DNA of 64,000 nucleotides from Fimbriosthenelais zetlandica (taxonomy: Eukaryota), in assembly GCA_977030845.1 (NCBI GenBank), contig OZ365109.1:26040001-26104000 (forward strand). The letters run 5' to 3'. Of this stretch, positions 50,801 through 64,000 are shown piece by piece (the first letter of the stretch is position 1; every line of letters starts with the position of its first letter). The position numbers and the translations under genes are program-made. The notes under the pieces are model-generated. The model did no database searches, was not told where the DNA came from, and saw only the letters and a program-made list of their open reading frames with translations.

Positions 50801-53800
50801 AATATCTTCATTCGTTTATCGGTGTTGCATTACAAGTTGTCTTAACTCTTGCCAAAACTTCAGGGTATTTTTCAAACTTTTTGTTCAGCAAGTACATGCA
50901 GTCGCAGCATTCCAAAATAAAAAAAATGATAATTAGGGACAAAGAAAGGTGGCCCTTGAACCAAGTTGTCTTGGTTGTCGGGATCAAATAATTGATAAGA
51001 TAATGGTTGAAGAAACATTTGACCTGAGAGGGCATTGGATGCCTGAATGCATGTAATGCCATGCCTAACAGGGGGAGGTCTGCAGTTTATTCAGGCCTGT
51101 TCACCCTCTGTTTATATCATCTGTCTAGATGCTTGCAACACAGGGGTCTCATGAGCAACCTGGATGGACGAACAGAAAATGTGTTTTGGAGGATGGGGCC
51201 GCCATAAGTTGTTTAATAGTTAACAAGTGCCCCAGACCCAAACACAAACGAGTGTTTAATTCGCAACAATAGACAATAATATTATAGACGTCTATGTTGG
51301 CACGTATTCCCATTGCACTCGGTATGTGGATCAAGGAATCGCCCTAAAAAGAATGGGTAGAATATTTATCCAGTTTAGTTCGGCTTTATAGATTTAAAGC
51401 AGAAGGTCTCCAGCAGAGTTGCCACCCTAATTAAGCAATCATTTGTTTATTCGCAACATTGTTCTCCCCGCTTACTTGTCCCTAAATAAAAACCTGAGGT
51501 GGTCTTTGGGTGAAATCAGACGTCACGCCATATGCCCCATTACATTGAATTTCTTTTCTCTCCTGGCTTTTTCAGCATTTTATATGCTACATTTCCTACC
51601 ATTGATATCCAGTCCTGATTTTTATTCCCTTTTCAATTATCCAGTTCTATAAGAAATGGCATTTCCATTTTGGTTGTGCCCTTTGGCAAACATTTAGAAG
51701 TAATATTTTCTTAGCAGCTGATACTTTCCCACTAAACCCACACAAGTCACGTTTTGCAAGTTCCAGTATATATACCTTCAGGCTCCTAGCATAAATAAAA
51801 TCAAACACGATGACAGGTTAAAAATCTGGAATGCCACATTACACAGGACCACATTACGCATGACCACCAAGGAAGATCACATTTACACAATCAGGCTGCA
51901 ATCCATGTACAGTATTGAAGCCATAAAATATAGGATGACATGGAAGGCTATTATACATGTATACATGTACAAGTTCCAATGTGAAAAACATTATTTTGGG
52001 GTTGTCTGATGAACCTGAAACATCATTTGCAACAATTGAATGTCAAGGACATTTCGTTGATATTTGTGCATAAGGGTCGAGTCAAAAACTAATGTATGAA
52101 TATCGAGCCCTTTGTTTCACTATCAAATGTAGTTTCATGTGGAGATCATGTGTAAAAAATGGGGTGTAGGAACAGTGTCTGGTTTGTAAGTGGGATAAGT
52201 TAAGATGGAGGTGGATGATGTTTAGTCAGGTCTTGACAAAAAAATATGTCTCATATAATACATTGGGGTTACTCTCAATTTCATCGCTGGTCATGTCCAA
52301 TGTCTGTCTCTGGTACACTAGCTTTGTTTCTTCAGTGCAAAAGTATGTAAACCGTAACTTTCTCAAGTAGGTCCATACTATACTTCTTTGATACTGTCTG
52401 GTGTACCCATCTCGAATTTTAGCTAGCCATAATCATAACCTCCAAGGTTGTAGCCTGGATCACTGCAATAACAATGAATGAAATCTGACAGAAAATCTGT
52501 AATATTGAGCTGACACTCACTGCCATACGTAGGATATAATATAAATAGTCCAAATGGCTAACTAAATGTAAGTGAAAATACTGCAGGAGATGGGAAGCCA
52601 ACGTGCAAGCGAGGCCATATACACTTTATAAATTCCTTGGACACTCAATTTATGAAATGGTAAATCATAATACTCTGATCCTGGGGGGAAAAACCAACAA
52701 GAAACCTGACGAAAACCCCAAAGCAAAAAGGCAGAGAACCAAACAGTGGGTGTGACTGGAAGTTCAGAATGAGGAAACACCGTGAAGGTATTCATCACAA
52801 GGATTGTAAAAATGGAGGAGTAGACTAGAGCATCATATAAAATATCCCTCCTCACTGGCGCTTTGACTCGGTGGATATATGAATTACCAGGTTTTATATC
52901 AATGATGACAAGAGGAGAGAGTTTACTGCCCTGCAGCTGTGCTCGGCGATATCAACAAGCATGTTTAGCTGGGATGCTATGGAAACAATGTTTCGTGTCA
53001 ATGCAGATCTCATCTCTCATTTGTTCATTTGTGTGTATTTATAATGTGGAAAAATATCTGTAGTCATTGTTTTGATAAAAGGGTTGGATTCTCCAGACAT
53101 CATTTGTGAACCTTTCAGTTGGCCTATACACAGTTCTGAGCATCATTATAACTGCACCACTTCTGTTAAGTGAATATATAGGCCTATCCAGGTATATTAG
53201 CCTATGAGGCATACAGATTTGTAACACCTGTAATGTCTACCATACTACGATGACTTTAGCGTTTCCACCACAGTTATTATTTCTCAATATGTTGGCCATC
53301 GTTATTCAATTACCCTTGATTGTTCCTCGTGGCTATATCATTTCCTGGCACTTATGCTAATGATTAGGGTACCTCAGGTACTGTCCATAATCACTTACAG
53401 CCTTGTTATTAATATTGGGAGGGTGAACTAGGTCTTGTCAATGTACATATGTATAAAGCATAAAGCCCCCTGCTGAGCTTGTATCTGACCAGAGATACAG
53501 TATATCTTCTATGATCATACTCACATGCATTCACCCAGTGAGTGGTGGATATCTGCTCGGTGAGTGATGGGGACAGAGTACGCTACTTTATGTACCACCC
53601 ACAGACTCCCCATCGTTGATGTCCAGACCCAGAGCTCAGAGGTACATCTTTGGTGCTGGGCTTTTGGAATTAGCATGCCACGTGTTAGGGATTAGTCTAA
53701 ATGCTGGTGCTATACTTAGAAATACTCATAAACTACTAGGTCCGTGACATCTTAGTCCTGAAATTGCTTTCTCAGGAGAGACCACCTGAGCTGCAGCTAG

Positions 53801-55984
53801 TTAAATGTATGTAACTGGATGAGACTGTGTAGATAAGATGTGACACTCAGTTTAGATTCACTATTAAGAAAGAGAAATGGGCAATGCCTTGAATGTTAAA
53901 GCCTCTTCAGTACGATCCCTTTGCTTCAGGATCTACAAGTTCTATCTCGTCTTTTGTGTACCTGTAGTAGACATAGCTGAATAGCACCTGCTTTGTGGAA
54001 GGTTTGGTGTAATCAGAGAGTTGGGAGTTACCAAATGGTCTCATTGGTATAGTCCCTGGTTTTGGAGAGGGTATACTAGTAGACCTATCTCTATGACTAT
54101 GTACAATGCATTACAAACCCTATAACACACACAAGTATCACTTAGGTGCACTGACCACACCAGCAGGTGCTATTTCGAGCTTCTAGAGTATAAACCATGT
54201 ATATTTAATCCCAGGATTAGACATGGATACCAAAGCTTATCGGACCATCAGATAAGGTGGTGTCTGCCTTCATCCCCAACTCCACCCCTTTCTCTCCCAT
54301 GTAGAATGTTTGTACCTGGTAGCGACCATCTTATTTTAGTGTGGTAGCTCAGTATTCAGTCATTCACTTTAAGGATAATATGTGAAACAAAGATTCGCCC
54401 TCCCATCTGGCTCTTATCTTTTAGTACACCCAAACCCCTTATTCTGCGTTCATTCACCAAATCCCGTAATGCACGCTTTCACATACCATTATTTAGCCTA
54501 TTTAGGCTACAGTTTTCTGAGGTTGGTTCATGATTTCTTTGTCAAAGTTTTATGTACTATAAAGAGAATAGAGCATATTGACATTCAAGCTTCCTGCTCT
54601 ATGCATGACATTTTGGGTTTCTCGACCTTTGGCCTCGAAACCCTAAAACCCCTAGAGTATGAGTCCCGGTGGTCATGTGGAATCATCTTGTCTCTGGAAA
54701 GCCAACGCGTTGGGAAAGCCATCGTCCCCCTGCAGGCTGCCTTCCACCGGTTTAGTTTTGTTAAACCTATACATATAGCTTACTTGCAAGTCTAGACGCC
54801 CTTGTGGTTTTCACCCATTCCTATTTCATCGTGTTATCCTCCCACATTTGCCCTAGCAGACCACAAATCTAAACTCTGGGCAGGTCACTGGTCTACCAAA
54901 GTGTGGTCGTGTGGCGGGGAAGGCATGATCACATCTGGCTACACATGGAATTAATACGATGGTACTTCGTGATTCCTCACATTTGACTGGCAAGTATGCC
55001 TTATTTTGCGGGCGTAGAGAAAAGGGAGCAAAGAAGAGTGAGAATCTAAAGAGTGTCTAATGTGTCGTCTACACATGATATCAATTTGTATGATACAGTT
55101 CCGGATATGAATCCAGAAACCTGGAAATTCGAACTTCACAAACGCGATCAGACCCCGTCACCGTCCTTGATTTTGTGATATATCCATCCTATAAAACTGA
55201 GACAGCTGCTGGGACCTGAAGGGTCACGATTTCAGCCTCCTTGGAGTGGGCTCTTGTGCCATTCCGAGCGTTCCTCCAAGTCATTGCCCTTCCTGGCATG
55301 ACTTCTGTATTTTCAATCTTGATCTCCGTCACAAAGGCTAACGTGATTTCGATCAGAATTAGAATACTGATGTAAACATATCAATAAGTATGTGATAACA
55401 TTTCTCTTTTACTGGTAAGCTGCAAGGTGATATGACTTGTATGAATGATGTCTATGGCAGATGCTGGTTAATTTTAAATATAGTAATGAAAACCTCATTT
55501 AGCCCCTTCCAGAAATAGGGATAAGTGATATACAAGGTTTATGAATGGTACTTATTTGCAACCTGTCAGAGCTTGGACTAATAAATGTCCATCTGAAAGG
55601 TGTTTAACCCATTTGCTGTCACTTTCTACCTTCTGAACCATCTTTACCATGGTGAGTCTAGCATATGGTTCATGTCCGCGCTCCAGATCAGGTATAGACT
55701 TCAAAGGTATGACCCTAATTGTCTGCTGTGGAGGTAAACTGCATGCAAGTCTCATACCTAAACTGCAATTAATAGTGGGTTGGAAAAGTACTTCAATTGG
55801 TCGGGTTAACTCTTTATTAGACGTACCGTACTGAAAACTACGGAAATGCTCTTTTTAACCTATATAAACCATTGCCTTACAATTCTCACATGTCGGGAGT
55901 GCGGACCATTAGTTCACATTTCAAATTGACTTTTAACTGAGTCTGCGCAGTGGCATTTATATAATACACTAGTTGGAACAGTAG

Positions 55985-56060
55985 ACCACCTTGGGTCTCG
56001 AACCCCAAATCCCTGGGGCTACAGTTTGCCAAATACTATGACATTCACTGGCACTGGCAC
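55985..56060 (-). mobile_element. Possible decayed tRNA-derived SINE head
   Basis: The minus strand reads ...actgtagccccagggatttggGGTTCGAGACCcaa. GGTTCGAGACC is a Pol III B-box match, but the A-box is weak and no cloverleaf can be built. Confidence 0.25.
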
Positions 56061-58894
56061 TCACTGCATGGCTGTGGCCATCTGCTTGAAAGATTCAAAC
56101 ATTTTCGTCTTGTCTGAGAAGAAGGGAAGAAGTGAAGTGGATTCTACAAGAAAAGACAAAACATCAGGTGCATGGTTTGGTTGTTGTACCCTGGAATGTT
56201 AAAGTGGCCGACCCTATTCCCTGACTTCCTTTGTCAAAAACTGGCAAAGTTACAATGTGCTTTCTAGTACCCCAAACAGAAATCTTATGTGATTCCTATT
56301 CACAATATATGGGTTGTATCATCCAATGCTATATAAATCACCTTTCAAAACCAAGGATAATAGAGGAACATGAAACAAATGAATAATTCAGCTTGGACTT
56401 GCCCAACTCTCCCACTTGGAACACATCAGTGCAGAAAGCCAGTTCGTTGGGGCCAATAAAAAGAAAGAAGACTAAAACGCAGTATGATAAATCTTTGCAT
56501 AAATACATGAAACTAAAACTGTTACTTTGACTTTAGCATTCATGGTATGCCTATAAATAAGGGGGGTGGATGCTGATTTGTTCGGGAAAAAGTCCTCTAC
56601 AAATTGCATTGGTTTACAAAGGATACACTCAGACTAAGGCAAATATTGTCATGGAGGCCACAGTGTTGTGATAGAGCATAGGTATCCTAGTGGAGGTATG
56701 TATGTAATAATGATTCAGTTTCACCTATATTGGCCTGGGTCTATCAGTTGAAGGTTAAATAGTCCCGTCTGCTGAATTAGAAGGTTTATCTTTTCCCGCG
56801 GAGGGACTTCTTGCCTATCGTATGGTTGATTTAGCGTAGTGCATCATATCTCTGTGCACCATGGGAAGTGGTCGGGGGCATGCCACCTGAAACAACTTGA
56901 AAGACATGGGCCTGGAGAAAAGTGATTAACATGATTATGTTTTCCTGATGGATGTTTGCTTGCTCAAATAATGTATGTCAAAGTCCCTTCTCTTCCTCCG
57001 GCTTTCACAAAGGCTCCCATCGACACTTTAAGGTTTAGGATTTAAATATTTAAGAAATAAAACTAAATGTTCCAATTTGCTGCCATTCTGTCTAGTTTGT
57101 GAAGCAGACATAGCTAGAGACAGAGACCCCTTGACATTCTGTTTGTATACTATACATTGGATCATGGCCAGACTCCAGAACTCGTCCAACTAACGTTTAC
57201 AATTGATACCTTTAAATTTTCAACATATATTTACTTATTTAACATTGAAATGAACAATTTGTTTTTTATCAAGGTAAAAAGTGTTTAGCTTATGCATAGG
57301 GAAACGTGGAGGTATGGCACATTGGCCTGGGAGTTCTAGAGGCCCAATAAACAAACAAGTACTATATCATAACCGAGAAACAACAACTAATGTTGGCTTG
57401 TTTGTTTGCATGGGTTAGTGAACGGGGCCGCCTCCCACAAGGACTTCTTGATCCCTGGATCATCCAACTCCTGATTATACTTTAGCCACCCAGAGAACAT
57501 AAAAGAACCGTTTATGGTGTCTGGGAATGCAGTTTTTTTCTATGTTTGTTATGGCTTACTTTAAACTTTGAATTCTTTTAAATGCAATTTACTGACTCAA
57601 ATTTGATTATTCTCACAATTCTGACATAAGTAGGCCTAAATGTGACGATTGAAGCATCATCATCGGTTGATTAATACTCCATTATCGAGTCGTTGACCTT
57701 TTAGTGATAAAACTGGCCAGCATTGGTCTTTTATAATTCGCACCCTGAAAGACATGCAGTCAATGGCATAATTTAAGAAGATCAGTGTGGCATTGAAACT
57801 AGAGCAGACTATTTTAGTGTCCCACGGTGACATACAAGGGACACTTTTTGTGTTACCTGCTAAGAAGACTTGGGTATAAAAATGCTACATAGCCTTCTAA
57901 CACGACATGTACGTGTCACTGGGCAAATTGATGACAGATTCCAAGTTGGAGGAGTGACAGACAAAAGGCAGGTGCCCTCCAACCTGGGGTTCAGGCCCAC
58001 GCACATTGTTCTCAAATGGAACTCAGGGCTCGTGAACATTGACATCATCAGGAACTGATATGTTTGTGTGTATGTCTTACTGTCTTGTGATGGTTTAGGC
58101 TTGGATGGCGTCATTAAGCCATGAGTTATTAATTGGAACTGAAGAGTGTACCATTAGAGCCCCTTCATAGGATCTACACTCCTTAAATCTGAGTCTATGG
58201 GTATTTTTATTACAGGGCCTTGAAATATCCAATAATCCATTCACTCAATAAGACACGTCTGATTGGAATAAATTATTTTGATAATTTCATTGATCACTCA
58301 GTCTGTTTGCCATCCGTTTCTGTCATTGCCCTACGTGTTGTCAAATCTGTCAAATTGTGTTGCCCATTTAATTTAGAAACTATAGGGATAAAAAATCACA
58401 ATGGAGAAAGCCACAAACGGTTCATAACATTTGATAGAGCTTATCTCCTGTGTATATGCATGTAGGTGGCCCCAGGCATGTGCATTGCATGTGGATAGTA
58501 GTGGGTAGAGCATCCTGCATCTCAGCAGGCTGGTCGTGAATACCCACATGTGGGTTTGTTTTCAGAGCATGACCTGATACCCTCAGGGTTCTACTATCAT
58601 GGGCAGTAGGTATTGATACACTGACTCTGACATATTAACCACGTACTCTGAAGACGACATGTTATGATGAGGGTTATCTTTCCATAACACTCTTCCATGT
58701 TGTCATATCAGTCTACCTGCCATATACCCGCCGTTTGCCTTATTTTACTTAAATATCTATTATAGCCCCTTTTCTTAAAACAGTGAAACTCATCTTCAAA
58801 TTTTCATCTGTGTCACTGTTACTACTTCCCAATTTTCACCTACAGGTTCAGTTCTGTTTATGGAAATTTTTTGAGTATTTTTCAATTATTTTCC

Positions 58895-59265
58895 AGCTAT
58901 TCTCCTGATTAAACCAGCTACATGCAATGAAGTGGAACATTTACTGTCATAAGACACTGTTGGTTGTGCCCTAATTAAACTAGCTACAGTACCTCATAGT
59001 GTACCTGTACTTTCCTGAGATGCTGGTAATTTGTGGTAATTTATTATTATTATTTTCGTGCTATTAGCTACCCTGAAAGTTATTATTTTCATGGTATTAA
59101 ACTAAACCAGCTACAGTGCAATGTACATTATTATTTCTTGAGATACTTTTTTTGTATTATTTTCATGCTATTGCCCTGATTAAACACGCTATAGTAGTAG
59201 TTCCATGCAATGCACATGTACCTCCTTCAGATACCATTTATTGGTGATTTTCTCCTGATTAAACT
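58895..59265 (+). repeat. Degenerate tandem repeat with recurrent CCTGATTAAACCAGCTACA core
   Basis: About five variants of the core near 58907, 58968, 59100, 59175 and 59253. Confidence 0.55.
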
Positions 59266-62200
59266 TGTTATGGTATCATACATGTTAAATGTGGCCCCAA
59301 GCTGGACTGACATATTTAAGTTGGTCATGATTGCTGTCGTTTTTCCCATCTGCGGATCTGCGTATCATAAATTCAGCTCCTATAGTATAGTCACAACCTT
59401 GAATACCTTCAGCTGGTTAGCATGTGATCAGATGTTCCATTGCTTTTGGGCCAAACCTTGTTGAGGGAGTTCCTTGCAGATGTGGTCTGGAGTCTGACAT
59501 TTTACCTTTGAGGCATCATATTGCACACCACAGGAAAAATCAGACAGTTTAACATGCATGAAATAGAGCAAGCAGTTTAACAGCAAGTATATCAAACTGA
59601 TCTCCGCATGCGTTCATGTGTGTTGACTGAAACCATCATAAAAGTCTGCAAACATGTGCACATTGACCTCAAGCACATCACAGACTGGCACTGCATAGAT
59701 CAAGCATGGGAAGGCTAACCAAGTCTACGACCTTCCTGTATAAGATAACATTTTGTGACCAAAGGCATTTTGTAATAGGTAAAAATGCATTTAAAGCTAT
59801 ATATACCAAAATAAAAACCAATATCAAAATCTGACATACACAGTCATGATAGGCATACTTTAGGTTTCGTGAGTTAACGTTCTGTTCAATCTGCTCTGAA
59901 GATTTCAACAATTCAAATATTATTTCATTTATCTCTCAATACATTATTTGACATTAGACATTTGCATGTTTGGGGAATATATGCCTGTTAATCCTAGTTA
60001 GGGTGCATGGTGCCTATGTTTAAAACCTCATGTTGATGATATATCTAAACCAGAAACCATAGACATTGCTATTAGGTTTCGGTGTAAAATATTTTTTCTC
60101 CTAGCTTGTGGCTGCATAGATGGCATATGTGTTGTAATGATAGGGTTTAAATACACCATGCGATCGCCAGCCCACCTGAAGATCTCACCTTATCGTCTCT
60201 CAAGTGCTATGCCCCCTTGAACGTTTCCCAGAAATATGAGTAAAATCCTGGGTCAAAGGTCAAACAACGGAAGGCTGGGGGTCAGGGGGTGGCTGATTAG
60301 GAAAGAAAAGTCTTGGTGCACTTCTAGGTCAGGTTTATGGACCTGCCTGTGCGTCTTGGGGTGGTGGCAGATATATACGTTTGCATGACATAGAAGATGC
60401 TATTTATATGGGTCGAAAACTGTACAGCAAAGCCATATGACTACTGAATTTATTGATGTCTTTTCCAAATAACTCATAGCTAGTAATGGAAAATTCACAG
60501 GGAAAGTGAGAGAATGATGAACTTAATTTCAATGTAAAAGCTAATCCGGTATAATGGGAAGTTAACATTTCATAAGTAGGCTACAATGCATGGATAGGTT
60601 ATTGTGATGTAGAATTTGTAGTGACATATATCATTGGGAGTGGGGCTTTATCTTTTCACCTAGTTCCAACTTGGCCTTCATTCATATTGACAGTTCCAAC
60701 ACCTTACATCCTTTGAATATGTTATGTTCACCCCTAGTCACATGTCACTTTGAATCAATTGACACAGTTATGTCTCAATGCCCTCAGTCATGTGGCACTG
60801 TTTGGGCACTTCTTGGTAGGTGGGGAAAGGCAATAGGTTGTATCCATTTCCTTTTGCCAGAGTAGGGTAAAGTATCGAAAACTAAATAGCAACTCGTGTA
60901 TTTAAGTCAGCCTTGGACACCATATCTCACCGCTCGACCTCTGTGTTGTTATGATAACGTGCCCTTAGTGACCAGCATGGTGGGCACTGGTCAGAAGGTC
61001 AGCCACCACCGACTCTAAACTGAGTCAACTCAAGGTGGTCTCAAGAGTTCAAGGTGGTTGGTGCCCCACAATGATAACTGAAAATAGACCATGTTATGAA
61101 TGAAAACACTCCTGACATATATGAAATATTGTGACATATTGATGTATTTGTCTATATATATTTGTCTATATTCATTTATTCTACTTTATCTAGAAAATGA
61201 AATGATAGGTGTGAATTTTAAAAACCCACCTGAAATTGAGGATTGCCAGGCTGCTCCTGCTTCTTTCCTAGATACTGACATTATAATGAATCTGAGTCTC
61301 CATTTTTTAGATGGGCCATAATGTTCACCATGTTTATACATTGCTCATTGCTTGTCTATTTCTTCTATCCTGGAGTGAGGCAGCAGGTCCTGGCTATATC
61401 TACTCACCATGGTCTCTCCTCCTCCCATCAGGACCTGTGTAAAGCAGTGTATCCCTATCTATCATTCCACATTATATCGTAACACTACTGCAGTTCTAAC
61501 CTCCTGTAGAAAGAGGTTTTGGCACGTTTACACAGCTTCCAAAGTTGAAAAAACTTCCACATTCCCCAGGTACGTTTATCGCATAGGAAGTCCACCGTAA
61601 ACAACCATGAGTCTGGGACTGTTGGCAGGTGAAGCTGAAAAAACAATGAATCTACCAACTACTTCTTGCCTGCTAGTAACTGATTATCCAAGGCAAAGTT
61701 GTAGTTTACAACAGATCTGATTTCTAAAAAGCTTCTAAGTAGTTGGTGGGGTGATAATTGATTTCCCATGCTAGTGGACCTGGCAGTCATATTGTGAATG
61801 AAGCAGTTCCTGGCAAGCCCTACACGCTCAAAGTTAGTGTAACTTTTCTAAACCATCAACTATTTTGCTTCTATCATCATGCATTTTATAAGCTTTTCCT
61901 CTGATATACAATAATATAATTGCTATTTATATGTAGGTTCAGACACCCTTTGAAAGCAAATAAAGGTTTCGTCTATGAGGTTTTGGCAACTCACTATGTC
62001 CAGGTAAAGAATAGATTGAAACAAAGAACATACAACTGCTGAACACACAACTCTAGCATCTGAAGTACTAGCATATGCAAGGCTGTGATAAAATTACCAG
62101 CCGGCCTTGTGTGTTTGGACTTAGACAATGACAGTTAGGTTGCCTAAGAGGTTTGGGTAAAATGAACCACGGTGGATGTTTTCCACATTCTACTACTTTC

Positions 62201-63230
62201 TGTTCTGTTTTGTTCATTTCTGCCTCTTTTCCCACTCCCACTTCCTATGTCGTCTATTTGATTAGCTGAAAGGTTTTCTTCCTTTGCAATATTTATTGTT
62301 ATTATTTATTGGTATATACGTAATGTCTTAGATTTATAGACACCCATTGGAGGAAAACCTATGCAAACCCAAATAGCAGATATCAGATTGGTCCCACCCA
62401 GAGTAAATAATATTGCTCAAAAAGGCGAACTTTGTACTATATACTATACAGGCGTAATAACTCATTGTGACATGTCCTTGCCTATATCATCGCCTACATG
62501 GATCCACTTGTCCTGTTTGTAGACATTCTTCTGCAATTGTGTATACACAAAAAGTGAAAGACTTTGCCAGAGGCATTTATTTCTTTGCTTCTGTGCGGCA
62601 GGTCCCATTAACATGTATACAGAGCATAAGTACTGCATACGTTTGTGCGTCTTCCCATGTATACAGGCAAATTGCCTTTGCCTCCTGGCTTCATCCCTTT
62701 AACATTGCAGAGATTGCCTTGTACGATTTCAGTGCATTGTACGGTTCCATTCCACAATCCTTCCTAACCATGTGATGTGCAATGACATTAGCATGTGTAT
62801 GTCATTGGTAAGCAGTATAAAATGTTATTTTTTAATATCATACAAGTCCATGTAATTCAAGGTGGATCTAACGCCTGGGATCTATAATCGAGGTCTCTCT
62901 AGTTTGGATCCCGAGTTCAGTCACTTATTTCTCGGCCTGACTATCATAAACATTAGTAAATCAGGTGCCAAGACGTGTGTTGGGGAGGATTCCATCCCAC
63001 TCAGCGATTTGTTAGCTGCCAAACACCCACCAACACTCCTCCTAACGAGTTGCTTGGAGCCTTTACGCCATGTGGGGTATAGACTTCAAAGTGGGCCAGC
63101 TCACTCATCAGAGGTTGGCATGGCAGGACTCTATAGCGATGGTCAATGGAATAAATTCTAATGTGAGAAACATGTAGCTTCACATACATTTAGTTAAATA
63201 TTTTAATGTGTATATAATGGATAACTCGAA

Positions 63231-63842
63231 TTGAATTCTATTGGGGTAGATCATTAATGTGGCTATCGCCCTCCACATGAATGCTATTGGGGCAATACAT
63301 TTATGTGGATATCACCCTCCAATTGAATTATATTGGGTAGGATATTTGAGTATCGACCTCAAATTGAAATATATTGGTCTAGGTCATTCATGTGGATATC
63401 GCCCTCTTATTAAAATTATATTGGTCTAGGACATTTAAGTGGGAATCGCCCCCCAATTGAATTCCATTGCGGTAGGTCATTTATGTGGGTATCGCCCTCC
63501 AATTGTAATATATTGGTTTTGGTCATTTATGTGGGTATCGCCCTCCAATTCAAATTATATTGGTCTAGGTCATTTATGTGGGTATCGCCCTCCAATTGAA
63601 ATTATATTGGTCTAGGACATTTTATGTGGGTGTCACCCTCCAATTGAATTCCATATTGGGGTACCTTAGGTCATTTATGTGGGCATTGCCCTCCAATTGA
63701 ATTCAAGTGGGGCAGGACATTTATGTGGGTTTTCCCCACCTATTGAAATCTATCGCCCTCCAGTAATTTAGACTAATCCCTATTAATCTAAATTCTATTT
63801 GGGTAGGACATTTATGTGGGCATCACCCTCCAATTGAATTAA
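63231..63842 (+). repeat. Minisatellite, about 12-13 degenerate copies of a 45-47 bp unit (consensus CATTTATGTGGGTATCGCCCTCCAATTGAAATTATATTGGTCTAGGT)
   Basis: Units are directly visible; the copies at about 63478-63620 are nearly identical. Confidence 0.9.
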
Positions 63843-64000
63843 ATTATAGATCTGCCACTAAAGATAAAACATAGATGCCATAGATTGTGTATGCAAGAAT
63901 CCCATTTAATATATAGATTCAGAAAGACTATTAATATCATCAGCAAGCTAGGTATTTGACACCATCCGATACTGAAATCCCAAAAGTAATTCATAAACAT

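Noticed and set aside
52425-52470. Possible minus-strand terminal exon (ttgcag|T GAT CCA GGC TAC...; DPGYNLGGYDYG-stop)
   Set aside because: No upstream partner exons could be linked, and the segment is too short to distinguish from chance.
54344-54360. GGTAGCTCAGT tRNA A-box-like sequence
   Set aside because: There is no B-box or cloverleaf downstream.
53686-63782. 17-bp exact inverted match ATTTAGACTAATCCCTA (63766-63782 plus; 53686-53702 minus)
   Set aside because: An isolated AT-rich match of this length is borderline expected by chance in a 64-kb self-comparison, and the flanks do not align.
63231-63842. CRISPR-like appearance (conserved ~30 bp part alternating with a more variable ~17 bp part)
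   Set aside because: The variable parts are homologous to each other (tattggtctagg and ctattggggtagg), not unique spacers. The context is eukaryotic and there are no cas genes.

Overview
This is AT-rich animal (probably invertebrate bilaterian) genomic DNA with spliceosomal introns; no prokaryotic features, CRISPR array, rRNA or intact tRNA were found. I assembled five genes by hand from splice sites and frame continuity. (1) An Uncx/unc-4 paired-like homeobox gene on the minus strand, with exons 1-2 in the window and the rest off the left edge. (2) GORAB (minus, 5 coding exons, about 533 aa). (3) HEI10/CCNB1IP1 (plus, 10 coding exons, about 287 aa). (4) A TTC28-like TPR-CHAT protein (minus, 17 coding exons, about 1637 aa). 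(5) A torsin-4A-like AAA+ ATPase (plus, single coding exon, 571 aa). GORAB/HEI10 and TTC28-like/torsin form two head-to-head pairs. A probable signal-peptide first exon of a sixth, unidentified gene lies at 44779-44887, and 45-64 kb is mostly non-coding with repeats. The best-supported unusual feature is a textbook U12 (minor spliceosome) intron directly after a 16-nt micro-exon that encodes part of the HEI10 RING finger. Also notable: a CHAT domain that appears to lack both catalytic residues, at least 15 copies of the palindrome TAGGCCTA, one 45-47 bp minisatellite present as two oppositely oriented arrays about 20 kb apart, two exact CTCF-consensus sites, and a GORAB-next-to-PRD-homeobox arrangement resembling vertebrate GORAB-PRRX1. 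I did not find convincing evidence of a wholly new biological system. All family assignments come from recalled motifs, not database searches.
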